Shown: in pieces, positions 43,412 through 52,522 of the stretch | Numbering within the stretch: the stretch's first letter is position 1 | How the letters are laid out: every line of letters starts with the position of its first letter | Source of the DNA: an uncultured Gammaproteobacteria bacterium | Lineage (GTDB): Bacteria; Patescibacteriota; Microgenomatia; PFEM01; JAPLYW01 | Length of the DNA: 64,000 nucleotides | Assembly (NCBI GenBank): GCA_965230945.1 | Contig: OZ246397.1 | Coordinates: forward strand, 539,925-603,924 | Reading direction: 5' to 3' | The notes under the pieces: generated by a model | What the model saw: only the letters and a program-made list of their open reading frames with translations | What the model was told of the DNA's origin: nothing | The model's database searches: none | Position numbers and translations under genes: made by a program

Positions 43412-44785
43412 ATGAAGATAGATGAAAGTATTTTTAAAAGCTACGATATCCGCGGTGTTTTTCCTGAACAGTTAAATTATGAAATTGCTTTGGCTATTGG
43501 TAGGGCTTTTGCCGATTTGATAACTGACCCTGGTCCGATTGCTGTGGGACGAGACATGCGCCTCTCTTCGCCTGAATTAACAAAGGCAGTTATAGAAGGG
43601 ATTACCATGCAAGGTAGGGATGTAGTTGATTTAGGTTTGATTACAACAGACATGATTTATTTTGCTGTTGGTAACTATTCTTTTACAGGGGGAGTGATGG
43701 TTACCGCCTCTCATAATTCTCCAGAGTACAATGGTTTTAAGCTTTGTAAGGAAAATGCCTTTCCAGTAAGTGGTGAGGGTGGCCTTTATAAAATGAGGGA
43801 TAATATTTCAAAGGATAATTTTAAGAAAGTAGATAAAAAAGGCAAGGTGAGTAAAAAAGCTACTTTATCTGATTGGCTAGATCATGCTTTATCTTTTATT
43901 AATCCTCAAGATATCAGACCACTAAAGCTGGTTGTTGATGCCGGCAACGGCATGGCCAGCATTTTATTTGAGGGGTTAAAGAAAAAATTGCCATTAGATA
44001 TAGTTCCTCTTTATTTTGAATTAGATGGTTCTTTCCCCAATCATTTACCTGCTCCTTTGGTGCCTGAGAATTTGAAAGATGCGCAAAGGGAGGTTTTGGA
44101 GGAGAAAGCTGATTTAGGTTTGGTTTTTGATGGTGATGGAGACAGGGTTGTTTTAATAGATGAAAGAGGAGAAGCCTTGCGGGGGACAGTTGTGACGGCC
44201 ATGTTGGCGGAGGTTTTCCTAAATAAATCTAAAGGAGCGACTATTTTGTACAACGCTATTTGTGGCTGGATTGTGCCGGAGGTAATTAAAAGGAATGGGG
44301 GAAAGGGGATAAGAGTGCCGGTAGGCCATTCTCTAATCAAAGAAAATATGAGAAAGTATGATGCTTTGTTTGCCGGAGAACATTCCGGTCATTATTTCTT
44401 TAAGGATAATTGGTATGCTGATAGTGCCCTTATTACTGCCTTGATTGCCTTAGAAATTATTTCTTTTTCTGATAAGACTTTGTCTGGAATAGCCTCTGAA
44501 TTTGATAAATATTATGCCAGTGGGGAACTTAATTTTAAGGTTAAAGATAAAGAAAAGGTAATGAATGGAGTAGAGAATCTTTATAAGGAGAAAGCGGAGT
44601 CTGTCGATAAGATTGATGGCGTTAGTCTTTGGTTTAAAGATTGGTGGTTTAATATTCGCCCTTCTAATACACAACCATTTTTGCGTTTAAATATTGAGGC
44701 TAAAGAAGAAGATTTACTTAACAAGGCCAAGAAGGAATTGGTCGATTTTATCCAAAGATACGGTACTTTGCTCGCGGGTGAGTAG
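43412..44785 (+). CDS. Phosphomannomutase/phosphoglucomutase family (alpha-D-phosphohexomutase)
   Basis: IFKSYDIRG, TASHNSPEYNGFK (phosphoserine loop), FDGDGDR (Mg site), GEHSGH. Confidence 0.85.
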   Translation: MKIDESIFKSYDIRGVFPEQLNYEIALAIGRAFADLITDPGPIAVGRDMRLSSPELTKAVIEGITMQGRDVVDLGLITTDMIYFAVGNYSFTGGVMVTASHNSPEYNGFKLCKENAFPVSGEGGLYKMRDNISKDNFKKVDKKGKVSKKATLSDWLDHALSFINPQDIRPLKLVVDAGNGMASILFEGLKKKLPLDIVPLYFELDGSFPNHLPAPLVPENLKDAQREVLEEKADLGLVFDGDGDRVVLIDERGEALRGTVVTAMLAEVFLNKSKGATILYNAICGWIVPEVIKRNGGKGIRVPVGHSLIKENMRKYDALFAGEHSGHYFFKDNWYADSALITALIALEIISFSDKTLSGIASEFDKYYASGELNFKVKDKEKVMNGVENLYKEKAESVDKIDGVSLWFKDWWFNIRPSNTQPFLRLNIEAKEEDLLNKAKKELVDFIQRYGTLLAGE

Positions 44786-45985
44786 GTTTTTGATTGTTAC
44801 CTCTTTTTTCTTAATTTCGTTAGGTCCCAAGATGACAACAAAAGGAATATTTTTTCTATCAGCATATTTTAGCTGTTTTTCTAATTTGTCAGGAGAAAGA
44901 TAAAATTCGGTTTTAAGACCTGCTTTTTGCAGTTTTAGGACAACATCTAAGCAGTTCTTGTATAGGGATTTATCAAAAAGAGTTACCAAAACTTGGCTTG
45001 AGCTTGCTTTTTCCTTAGGCAGTTTGTTTAGATTTTCTAAGAGTTCAAGAATGACAGCATCACCAGCAGCAAAGCCGATCCCCGAAAGTTCTTTTTGCCC
45101 GCCAATAATCTCTAAAAGATCGTCATAACGGCCACCGCCTAAAATAGCACGAAATTCTCCTTCTCTATCACGGGCTTCAAAAACAACACCAGTGTAATAA
45201 TCTAACCCTCGTACAATACCAGGATCAAATTCAATATAATCACTAAGCCCGTATTCTTTAAGATTATCAAAAAGATTTTTTAATTCCTCTGATTGACTAA
45301 AGTCTTTTTCTTGGAGGATGTTTGTGAGATCTTTAATTTGTTTATCGTTAAGACCAGTTTCTTTAAGGTATTCCTGCCAGTCTTTTTCTTTCATTTTGTC
45401 TTGGCGGTCAATGGCCCTGAAGACATCGTTTGTTTTTTCCTTGGAAATGTTTAATGATTTTAGTTTTTCCTCTAGAAATTTACGGCTATTTATTTTAACA
45501 ACGACTTCTTTTGGGGATAAACCAATTGCTTTTAAAAATTCACAAGCGATGGCGATAATTTCTGCATCGGCTTGACTATTATTAATGCCAATTAAATCTA
45601 TATCCCATTGTAGAAATTCTCTAAATCTTCCTTTTTGAGGTTTTTCGTATCGCCAGCGAGGACCAATAGAGAACCAGCGCAGAGGGAAAGTAAGTTCTTG
45701 AGATTTATTGCTGACCATACGGGCTAGGGTAGGGGTAAGTTCTGGTCTCAAAGCTAATGTTTTACCACTTCTGTCTTTTAAAAAGAAGGTTTGCTTTTCA
45801 ACTAATTCCTTACCTGATTTGGCCGCATAAAGAGCTAAAGGTTCAACTGACGGCCCTTCGTATTGCTGATAGCCATAACGTTGCCCAACCTCTTCCATTT
45901 TCTTAATCAGCCAATTACGGATGGCCATCTCTTCTGGATAAAAGTCTCTAAAGCCTTTTGGTGGTTGCAAATTTGGCTTTGCCAT
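44714..45985 (-). CDS. hisS: Histidyl-tRNA synthetase
   Basis: PKGFRDFYPEE, LRPELTP, RWRYEKPQKGRFREFLQWDID (motif 2), GGGRYD, GFAAG (motif 3), anticodon domain. Confidence 0.9.
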   Translation of the reverse strand: MAKPNLQPPKGFRDFYPEEMAIRNWLIKKMEEVGQRYGYQQYEGPSVEPLALYAAKSGKELVEKQTFFLKDRSGKTLALRPELTPTLARMVSNKSQELTFPLRWFSIGPRWRYEKPQKGRFREFLQWDIDLIGINNSQADAEIIAIACEFLKAIGLSPKEVVVKINSRKFLEEKLKSLNISKEKTNDVFRAIDRQDKMKEKDWQEYLKETGLNDKQIKDLTNILQEKDFSQSEELKNLFDNLKEYGLSDYIEFDPGIVRGLDYYTGVVFEARDREGEFRAILGGGRYDDLLEIIGGQKELSGIGFAAGDAVILELLENLNKLPKEKASSSQVLVTLFDKSLYKNCLDVVLKLQKAGLKTEFYLSPDKLEKQLKYADRKNIPFVVILGPNEIKKKEVTIKNLLTREQSTVSLDKIDQFLLGLVK

Positions 45986-46030
45986 AGCCTCTATTTTATC
46001 AGGATTTTTAGAGTAATGCCATTAATTACT

Positions 46031-46786
46031 TTATTCGGTGGTGAATGAAGAAGGAGTAGAAGTCTTTTCTTCTTCTCTTTCGGCGATAGCCAAAATGACA
46101 CTAGCAGTAATTATTTTATGTTCGTTTTCAGTAGGCTCACCGATGACTACAAGACGATCGTTTTTTTCGAAATCAGTAAATTTAGCTTTACTGGCCTTGC
46201 CCTCTTTGGTTTTTCTAGTAAGTCTAGTTTTGCTGGTGATCTCGACAGTGTAGATAATTTCTTTCCTTTCATTTTTAATGGTGATAACTTTCTCTTCACT
46301 AGAGATATCGGTGATTTTACCAACGATAGCTTGTTTACCAGTTGGTTTTGGTTTTTCATCGACAACTAAACGAGTTGTTTCTAGCTTGGCTTCTTCGTTG
46401 ATATAGCCCATGGCAATGACAAAGAGGTTCTTTTTAAGATCTTCAAATTTAATTTTTTTACCACTTTGGCCGAAAATAGCGGCATCAGTGGCCACCTTAA
46501 TCTCTTTTTCACCTTCGTTAGTTTCTAGGGTGAGGGTTAAGTCACCAATGTCAGTAATTTCTCCACCAAAGCCACGTTTCTTACCTTGTTCCTTTTCCTC
46601 GAGAATGCCTTTGACCTTTTTTTGAACTTCTTCTCTAATTGCTTTAACGTTTTCTTCATCAGCAGTAGTTTCGGGAGTTGGTGTTATTCCTTCTTCATCA
46701 GCAATAACAAAGTTAGTTAAGAATAAGCTGAAAATACCTAAGACAAAAAGAATAAGTGTTGTTTTTATAATAGTTTGTTTTTTCAT
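46031..46786 (-). CDS. Hypothetical secreted protein
   Basis: N-terminal signal/TM helix; K/E-rich beta-repeat-like body; no family recognised. Confidence 0.4.
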   Translation of the reverse strand: MKKQTIIKTTLILFVLGIFSLFLTNFVIADEEGITPTPETTADEENVKAIREEVQKKVKGILEEKEQGKKRGFGGEITDIGDLTLTLETNEGEKEIKVATDAAIFGQSGKKIKFEDLKKNLFVIAMGYINEEAKLETTRLVVDEKPKPTGKQAIVGKITDISSEEKVITIKNERKEIIYTVEITSKTRLTRKTKEGKASKAKFTDFEKNDRLVVIGEPTENEHKIITASVILAIAEREEEKTSTPSSFTTE

Positions 46787-47220
46787 TAGATTTTAGCTGT
46801 TGAATAAATAATATTTAAAATTTTACTAGCCTCATTGCTTTGGTCATCGTAAACAGAAATTTGAATTTCATTAGCACCACCAACTAAGGAAATTTCTACT
46901 TCAAATTTACCTTCTTCGTCGGCTTCTGTGATTTCTTCACCTTCTTGATAAATGACACTTACTATCGCCAAAGGGAAAGTTTCTCCCAAGATGGTGATTT
47001 TTTCTTTATCGCTTATAGAATTATTTTCAGGGTCGCTGATTTTTAAGAGAAGTTTTTCTTCTTGGTCTTCTTTTACAACAGAAACTCCTGTTTCTTCAGG
47101 GGCTGGTTTTGCTTCCTGAAGAGTGGTCTTTAGAGATTTATTGGCAGTCCAAATTCCAAAGGTAATGATTAATCCGAGGATGAACCCTATAAGAATAGCA
47201 ATGAGGATCTCTTTTTTCAT
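46786..47220 (-). CDS. Hypothetical membrane-anchored protein
   Basis: N-terminal TM helix; Ig-like-looking C-terminus (FEVEISLVGGANEIQISVYD); 1-nt overlap with the downstream gene. Confidence 0.4.
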   Translation of the reverse strand: MKKEILIAILIGFILGLIITFGIWTANKSLKTTLQEAKPAPEETGVSVVKEDQEEKLLLKISDPENNSISDKEKITILGETFPLAIVSVIYQEGEEITEADEEGKFEVEISLVGGANEIQISVYDDQSNEASKILNIIYSTAKI

Positions 47221-47255
47221 CGTTAATCACAGCAATATAACTTAAAATTGAACTC

Positions 47256-47284
47256 TTGTCAAGGGGATGGTCAAGTGATAAACT
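47256..47284 (+). promoter_or_regulatory. Sigma70-like promoter candidate
   Basis: TTGTCA (47256-47261), 17 nt spacer, TAAACT (47279-47284); upstream of 47294. Confidence 0.35.
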
Positions 47285-47293
47285 AAGAAAATC

Positions 47294-47920
47294 ATGGAGA
47301 TTAAATACTTCGGTAATTCTTGCTTTCGTATTAAAGGAAAAGATATTGTTTTGACAACAAACCCCTTTAACGCTTCTTTAGGGATTAAGATTCCCAAGAT
47401 TGAGACAGATATTGTTCTTTTTTCTTCTTCTTTAGAAAATAAGAAAGATCTTGGTGTTATTAAGGGGGCTTTAAATAGAAAAGAGCCTTTTGTTATTAAT
47501 GAGCCAGGGGAGTATGAAGTTGGTGGTGCTTTTATTTTAGGAATACCTTTTGGTAAAAAGACTATTTATATTATTACCATTGATGGCATACGTTTAGTTT
47601 TCTTGGGTCAAATAAAAGATAAGTTGTCTGATAAGGAACTAGAGGAAGTAGATGGGGTTGATATCTTGTTTTTACCAGTAGGGGGTAAACCAGTAATTTC
47701 CGAAAAACAAGCCGCTTCCATTGTAGAAAATGTACAACCAAGGATTGTCATCCCTATGTCTTATAAAGTGACAAATTTAAATATAGATTTTGCCTCTGTC
47801 GATGAGTTTTTAAAGCAAATCGGATCAGAAGGACTAAGACCGATTGATAAGTTATTAATTTCTAAAGAAGAACTGCCTTTAGAAAAAGAGGTGATCCTTT
47901 TGGATGCCAAGAAAAACTAG
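47294..47920 (+). CDS. Metallo-beta-lactamase-fold-like protein (UPF0173-like); metal ligands not evident
   Basis: MEIKYFGNSCFRIKGKDIVLTTNPF start typical of the family; no HxHxDH found. Confidence 0.4.
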   Translation: MEIKYFGNSCFRIKGKDIVLTTNPFNASLGIKIPKIETDIVLFSSSLENKKDLGVIKGALNRKEPFVINEPGEYEVGGAFILGIPFGKKTIYIITIDGIRLVFLGQIKDKLSDKELEEVDGVDILFLPVGGKPVISEKQAASIVENVQPRIVIPMSYKVTNLNIDFASVDEFLKQIGSEGLRPIDKLLISKEELPLEKEVILLDAKKN

Positions 47921-49226
47921 AGTTCCTCCCCATAGCGAAGAAGCAGAAACAAGTATCTTGGGAGCTATTTTGATTGATAAAGATGCTATTGTTAATGTGG
48001 CTGAGTTTTTACGCTCGGAACACTTTTATAATCCCCAAAATGGCTTTATCTATCAGGCTTTATTAGATCTCTATGAAGAGAGACAGCCGATCGACATTGT
48101 TACTCTAAAGGAAAAGTTAAAATTGTCAGGAGACTTAACTAAGGCTGGCGGTTCTGGATACATCACTGAATTGGTGAACTCTGTGCCGACAGCGGCTCAT
48201 GTCGAGCAGTACGCCAAAATTGTCAAAGACCACTATATTAAGAGAGAATTAATTTCTTCAGCCAGTAAGATTGTTGAAGAGGCTTTTGATGAGAAACAAC
48301 AAGCTACAGATGTCTTAGATACTGCCGAGCAGTCAGTCTTTGGTCTTTCTCAAAAACATTTGAGGAGAGGCTTTATCCCTGTTAAAGAAGCCTTGGCGGA
48401 ATCTTTTGACAGACTGGATGAGCTTCATAAACAAGCGGGAGGGTTAAGAGGAGTTCCCAGTGGTTTTAAGGATCTAGATAATGCCTTAGCTGGAATGCAG
48501 GATTCTAATCTTTTGATTTTAGCGGCTCGTCCAGGAATCGGGAAGACAGCCCTAGCTTTAAATATTGCTCAACATGTGGCTGCAAAAGAGAACATGCCGG
48601 TGGGGTTTTTTTCCTTGGAGATGAGTAAGGAGGAGTTAGTAGACCGTTTATTGGTGTCTCAGGCTGATATTGATGCTTGGAAATTAAAAACGGGTCGTTT
48701 AGAAGGAGATGATTTTACTAAGCTTTCTGAAGCCATGGGAGTTTTGGCTGAAGCCCCTCTCTACATTGATGATACTCCAGCCCTATCAGTCTTAGAAATG
48801 AGAACCAAAGCGAGAAGATTAATGTCTGACTACAATCTAAGACTTCTAGTCGTTGACTATTTACAGCTTATGAAAAGTATAAGGGAAAGAGAAAATCGTG
48901 TTCAGGAAGTTACTGAAATTTCTCAAGGATTAAAAAATTTAGCTAAGGAATTAAAGATCCCCATTTTGGCTTGCTCTCAATTATCCAGGGCTGTTGAACA
49001 GAGGGGAAGAAAGAGACCACAATTAGCAGATCTTCGAGAATCCGGTGCAATTGAGCAGGATGCAGACGTGGTTATGTTTCTTTGGCGAGAAGATGATGAC
49101 GATATTGAGAATATTGAATTAGAGATAGCCAAGCATAGAAACGGTCCTTTAAGAAGAATTAGACTTAGATTTAGAGGTAACAGAATTAAGTTTTATGGTG
49201 TAGAAGCTAAAAGAGGGAAAGAGTAG
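47904..49226 (+). CDS. dnaB: Replicative DNA helicase DnaB
   Basis: PPHSEEAETSILGAIL, LAARPGIGKTA (Walker A), LLVVDYLQLM, SQLSRAVEQR, ADLRESGAIEQDAD. Confidence 0.95.
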   Translation: MPRKTRVPPHSEEAETSILGAILIDKDAIVNVAEFLRSEHFYNPQNGFIYQALLDLYEERQPIDIVTLKEKLKLSGDLTKAGGSGYITELVNSVPTAAHVEQYAKIVKDHYIKRELISSASKIVEEAFDEKQQATDVLDTAEQSVFGLSQKHLRRGFIPVKEALAESFDRLDELHKQAGGLRGVPSGFKDLDNALAGMQDSNLLILAARPGIGKTALALNIAQHVAAKENMPVGFFSLEMSKEELVDRLLVSQADIDAWKLKTGRLEGDDFTKLSEAMGVLAEAPLYIDDTPALSVLEMRTKARRLMSDYNLRLLVVDYLQLMKSIRERENRVQEVTEISQGLKNLAKELKIPILACSQLSRAVEQRGRKRPQLADLRESGAIEQDADVVMFLWREDDDDIENIELEIAKHRNGPLRRIRLRFRGNRIKFYGVEAKRGKE

Positions 49227-49303
49227 TTTTTTTCTTGGTGTGGAAATTTAAAGCCAAAGTAGTTCGAACTTCGTCCACGAGGGGGAGGAGTGAGTTGTTT
49301 TAG

Positions 49304-49390
49304 TGCCGTGGGTCGGAGTCGAACCGACACGAGCTTTAAAGGCTCACAGGTTTTTGAGACCTGCGCGTCTACCAGTTCCGCCACCACGGC
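49304..49390 (-). tRNA. tRNA-Leu(CAA), type II with long variable arm, 87 nt
   Basis: Reverse complement GCCGTGGTGGCGGAACTGGTAGACGCGCAGGTCTCAAAAACCTGTGAGCCTTTAAAGCTCGTGTCGGTTCGACTCCGACCCACGGCA. Canonical GG in the D loop, anticodon loop CTCAAAA, T loop TTCGACT, acceptor GCCGTGG/CCACGGC, A73. Confidence 0.9.
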
Positions 49391-49452
49391 ATAGGTTGAT
49401 TTTATCATTTATCCACTTGTGATTCAATTAATTTTCTTTTAAAATTTCTGTT

Positions 49453-50013
49453 ATGATTCCGGTTACTGATTTGCGAACAGGTAAAGCTTTTGAAGTTGAT
49501 GGTGTTCCTTATGTGGTTATTAAATACAAACACACTAAAATGGGGCGGGGGACAGCCAATATTAAAGTAAAGGTAAGGAATTTGGAAAATGGTTCGGTAA
49601 GGGAAAAGACTTTTATCTCTGGGGCTAGAGTTGAACCCATAGAGACCCAGATAAGGAGTCTCCAATATCTCTATCAAGAGGGAGATGATTTTTATTTTAT
49701 GGATCCTAAAGACTTTAGTCAGTTTAGCTTGTCTAAAAAGATATTATCTGGGAAAGAAAAGTTTTTAAAAGAAGGGCAGGAGTTTAAAATTTTATTTTGG
49801 AATGACAAGGCTTTAGGCTTGGAATTGCCTAACTTTATGGTTTTTAAGATTAAAGAAACCCCGCCAGGGGTTAAAGGAGATTCGGCGACTGCTTCTTTCA
49901 AACAAGCCCTTTTAGATAATGGTTTATCTTTAAATGTGCCTTTGTTTATTAATGTAAATGATAAGGTTAAAGTGGATACGAGAACTGGTGAATATATGGA
50001 AAGAGTGAGTTAA
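49453..50013 (+). CDS. efp: Elongation factor P (Arg at the loop-tip position)
   Basis: KHTKMGRGTANIKVKVRNL aligns with E. coli EFVKPGKGQAFARVKLRRL; C-terminal VDTRTGEYMERV. Confidence 0.95.
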   Translation: MIPVTDLRTGKAFEVDGVPYVVIKYKHTKMGRGTANIKVKVRNLENGSVREKTFISGARVEPIETQIRSLQYLYQEGDDFYFMDPKDFSQFSLSKKILSGKEKFLKEGQEFKILFWNDKALGLELPNFMVFKIKETPPGVKGDSATASFKQALLDNGLSLNVPLFINVNDKVKVDTRTGEYMERVS

Positions 50014-50453
50014 CGAAAAAAGATAAAGGCGATTATTAGAACGATTTGAGGAATAAGTCCCCAAGGAAGTCTGCTTCTGTTATGCATAATCTCGGTATGG
50101 AATTTTTCTAAGACGTTTAAGGGAAAAGGTCTAAAGTTGAAAAAAAGAGAGGGAAATTCTAAAATATCCGGTGCAATCCCTAAAAGAACTCCCCACCAAA
50201 GAATAGGTAAGAATGATTTACCAGATTGAAAGAAGTAAAAGACTAAAAGGGCAGCAATGGCAAGGTCAATAATAGTCAGAAAAGAAGCTCTTCTTTTAGT
50301 TTTCTCACCGGTGGTCAAACCAGTACCAGTGTCCCAATGAGGAAGAAGATCAAGTAGATAGTGAAAGATAACTACTAAAGGTAGGCTAATGTAAGGAGGG
50401 GATACTTTTGTGACTATTAAAGCAGAAGCTAGTGAGTGTGTGGTTGCTAACAT
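50010..50453 (-). CDS. Small polytopic membrane protein, possibly DUF457/YdjM-like
   Basis: MLATTHSLAS...LLDLLPHWD pattern and 4 TM helices; weak call. Confidence 0.35.
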   Translation of the reverse strand: MLATTHSLASALIVTKVSPPYISLPLVVIFHYLLDLLPHWDTGTGLTTGEKTKRRASFLTIIDLAIAALLVFYFFQSGKSFLPILWWGVLLGIAPDILEFPSLFFNFRPFPLNVLEKFHTEIMHNRSRLPWGLIPQIVLIIAFIFFR

Positions 50454-50500
50454 AGCAGGTAAGAAAAATTATACTATGCTATAATTGAGGCTGTCAAGAT

Positions 50501-51295
50501 ATGTTGTCAATAATCTTTTCATCAGGGCCGCTAACGGTTTATACTCTAGGCTTTTTAATGACGGTGGGTGTTTTTTTGGAAAGCTTTATTATCTGGCGGC
50601 GTTTAAAGGATTTGGGTTTAAAAGAGGAAAAAGTTTTAGATTTTATTATCATTACTCTTTTGCTTGGTTTTATCTTGGCCAGGTTTTTATTTATAATACA
50701 AAATTTCCCTAATTTTGGTTTTTCTTTTCCTCGTTGGTTACTTTTTATACGTTATCCTGGTTTTTCTTTTTGGGGTTGGATTTTAGGATTGATTATTTCT
50801 CTTCGTTGGTTTGCTAAAAAGGAGAAATGGGATCTTTTTAGAGTGGCTGATGAGGTTACCTTTGGGGCTTTACCCTTTTTAATTTTAATGCAGTTAGGCC
50901 AGTTTTTAGATGGCTCTGGTTTTGGCCGCTTCACCAATATGCCTTGGGGGATTTATTCATCAGGTAGTCTTTTAAAACGCCATCCTCTTTCTTTGTTTGC
51001 GGCCATTTTGCTTTTGCTTATTTGGTTTTTGTTAATTAAGGCCGAAAGGCATTGGCGGACCTGGGATTGGTATAAAAACAAAGAGAGTGGTTTTATAAGC
51101 CTTTCCGCTTTAACCTTGATCTTATTCTATAATATCCCACTTGCATTTTTAAATGATTCTAAGGTATACTTCTACTGGCTGGGGATAGGAATTACCATAG
51201 TGTTTTTTCTTATTAGTACTGCCTTTTTTTATGCCCGATCAGGACACAGTTCAAAAAATATTTTTGCTAAGAAAAATGTCGAAAAAGAAAATTAA
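50501..51295 (+). CDS. lgt: Prolipoprotein diacylglyceryl transferase-like
   Basis: GPLTVYTLGFLMTVGVF start, GRFTNMPWGI, RHPLSLFAAILLLLIWFLL (compare HPTQLYE region). Confidence 0.75.
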   Translation: MLSIIFSSGPLTVYTLGFLMTVGVFLESFIIWRRLKDLGLKEEKVLDFIIITLLLGFILARFLFIIQNFPNFGFSFPRWLLFIRYPGFSFWGWILGLIISLRWFAKKEKWDLFRVADEVTFGALPFLILMQLGQFLDGSGFGRFTNMPWGIYSSGSLLKRHPLSLFAAILLLLIWFLLIKAERHWRTWDWYKNKESGFISLSALTLILFYNIPLAFLNDSKVYFYWLGIGITIVFFLISTAFFYARSGHSSKNIFAKKNVEKEN

Positions 51296-51686
51296 TCAAA
51301 AGAAAATTAGTACGGCTAAAAAAATTGTCGGCTTTCCTTTTAAGCTTTTAAAGCCGGTTTATAGCTTTCTTTCACAAGAAATTGCTAGGCTGGAGAGAAA
51401 GAGGAGAGATATTGCTAGTCGCGATCCCTTTAACGATACGAGACGAGTGGTTGATAATGCTTCTTCTGACACTGATGTCATTGAACAAACAGGTCATGAA
51501 AGAACCAAAGCTTTAGAGAAACAGATTAGTCGTAAAGTGGTGCAAATGAAAAAAGCTTTATCAAGAATAAAAATCGGTCGTTATGGTCTTTGTGAGAAAT
51601 GTAACCAGATGATTGATACCGATAGATTAACAGTTATGCCAGAGGCGACGCTTTGTGTTAAATGCGAGAAAAAACGAGAAGAATGA
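51276..51686 (+). CDS. DksA/TraR C4-type zinc-finger protein
   Basis: YGLCEKCNQMIDTDRLTVMPEATLCVKCEK. ATG 51276 (MSKKK) is preferred because the track start at 51231 overlaps lgt. Confidence 0.6.
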   Translation: MSKKKINQKKISTAKKIVGFPFKLLKPVYSFLSQEIARLERKRRDIASRDPFNDTRRVVDNASSDTDVIEQTGHERTKALEKQISRKVVQMKKALSRIKIGRYGLCEKCNQMIDTDRLTVMPEATLCVKCEKKREE

Positions 51687-51749
51687 TTTATTTTCTTCAG
51701 TGTTAGATGATTAATTGATTTCTCCCTTTAGGGAGATTTCTATTTTAAA

Positions 51750-52499
51750 ATGAAAGACTTAAAACCCCAAATCATTTTCGAAGATGAAAGTTTGTTAGTC
51801 TTAAACAAACCAGCTGGTATGGTAGTCAATCGTTCAGAAACTACCAAAGGTAAAGAAACGGTCCAAGATTGGATAAAAGAGAAAATCGCTTTTAGGAAAT
51901 TAAAAGAGAGGACGGTTAATCCTCATCTTAAGGATTTTTATGGACGCTTAGGAATTGTCCATCGTTTAGATAAAGAAACCAGCGGCTTGCTTTTGGTCGC
52001 CAAGACTTTTAAGGTCTTTAAGGATTTACAAGCTCAGTTTAAAAAAAGAAAAGTTAAGAAAAAATATTTAGCTTTAGTTCATGGTCAGGTTCAACCTCAG
52101 GAGGGGGTAATTGAGGTTTCTATTTCTCGTAGCCCTTTTGATCGAAAAAAATTTGGGGTTTTTTTAAAAGGTAAGCCTTCTAAAACTAAATACAAGGTTT
52201 TAGATTCTTTTCAAAGCCCCTTAGGCAAGTTTAGTTTACTAGAATTAATACCCAAAACTGGCAGAACTCATCAAATAAGGGTTCATCTTAAATTCTTGGG
52301 CTATCCGATTGTTGCTGATGAGAGATACGCCGGGCGTAAAAGATCAAGGAAGGATCGTCTTTACTGTCCTCGTCATTTTTTACATGCTTCTTATCTTTCT
52401 TTTATTCATCCTCAATCTGGAAAAAAAATGGAGTTTCGTTTGCAATTGCCTTCCGATCTTCAAGTTGCTATGATTAAATCAGGACTTTCTAAAAAGTAA
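51750..52499 (+). CDS. RluA-family pseudouridine synthase
   Basis: LLVLNKPAGMVV, HRLDKETSGLLLVAK (catalytic Asp), GRTHQIRVH. Confidence 0.85.
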   Translation: MKDLKPQIIFEDESLLVLNKPAGMVVNRSETTKGKETVQDWIKEKIAFRKLKERTVNPHLKDFYGRLGIVHRLDKETSGLLLVAKTFKVFKDLQAQFKKRKVKKKYLALVHGQVQPQEGVIEVSISRSPFDRKKFGVFLKGKPSKTKYKVLDSFQSPLGKFSLLELIPKTGRTHQIRVHLKFLGYPIVADERYAGRKRSRKDRLYCPRHFLHASYLSFIHPQSGKKMEFRLQLPSDLQVAMIKSGLSKK

Positions 52500-52522
52500 T
52501 TTTTTAGTAATATTATAACAAG

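Noticed and set aside
49193-49677. Minus-strand ORFs 49193-49408 and 49405-49677.
   Set aside because: The first overlaps the canonical tRNA-Leu and the dnaB 3-prime end. The second is antisense to efp.
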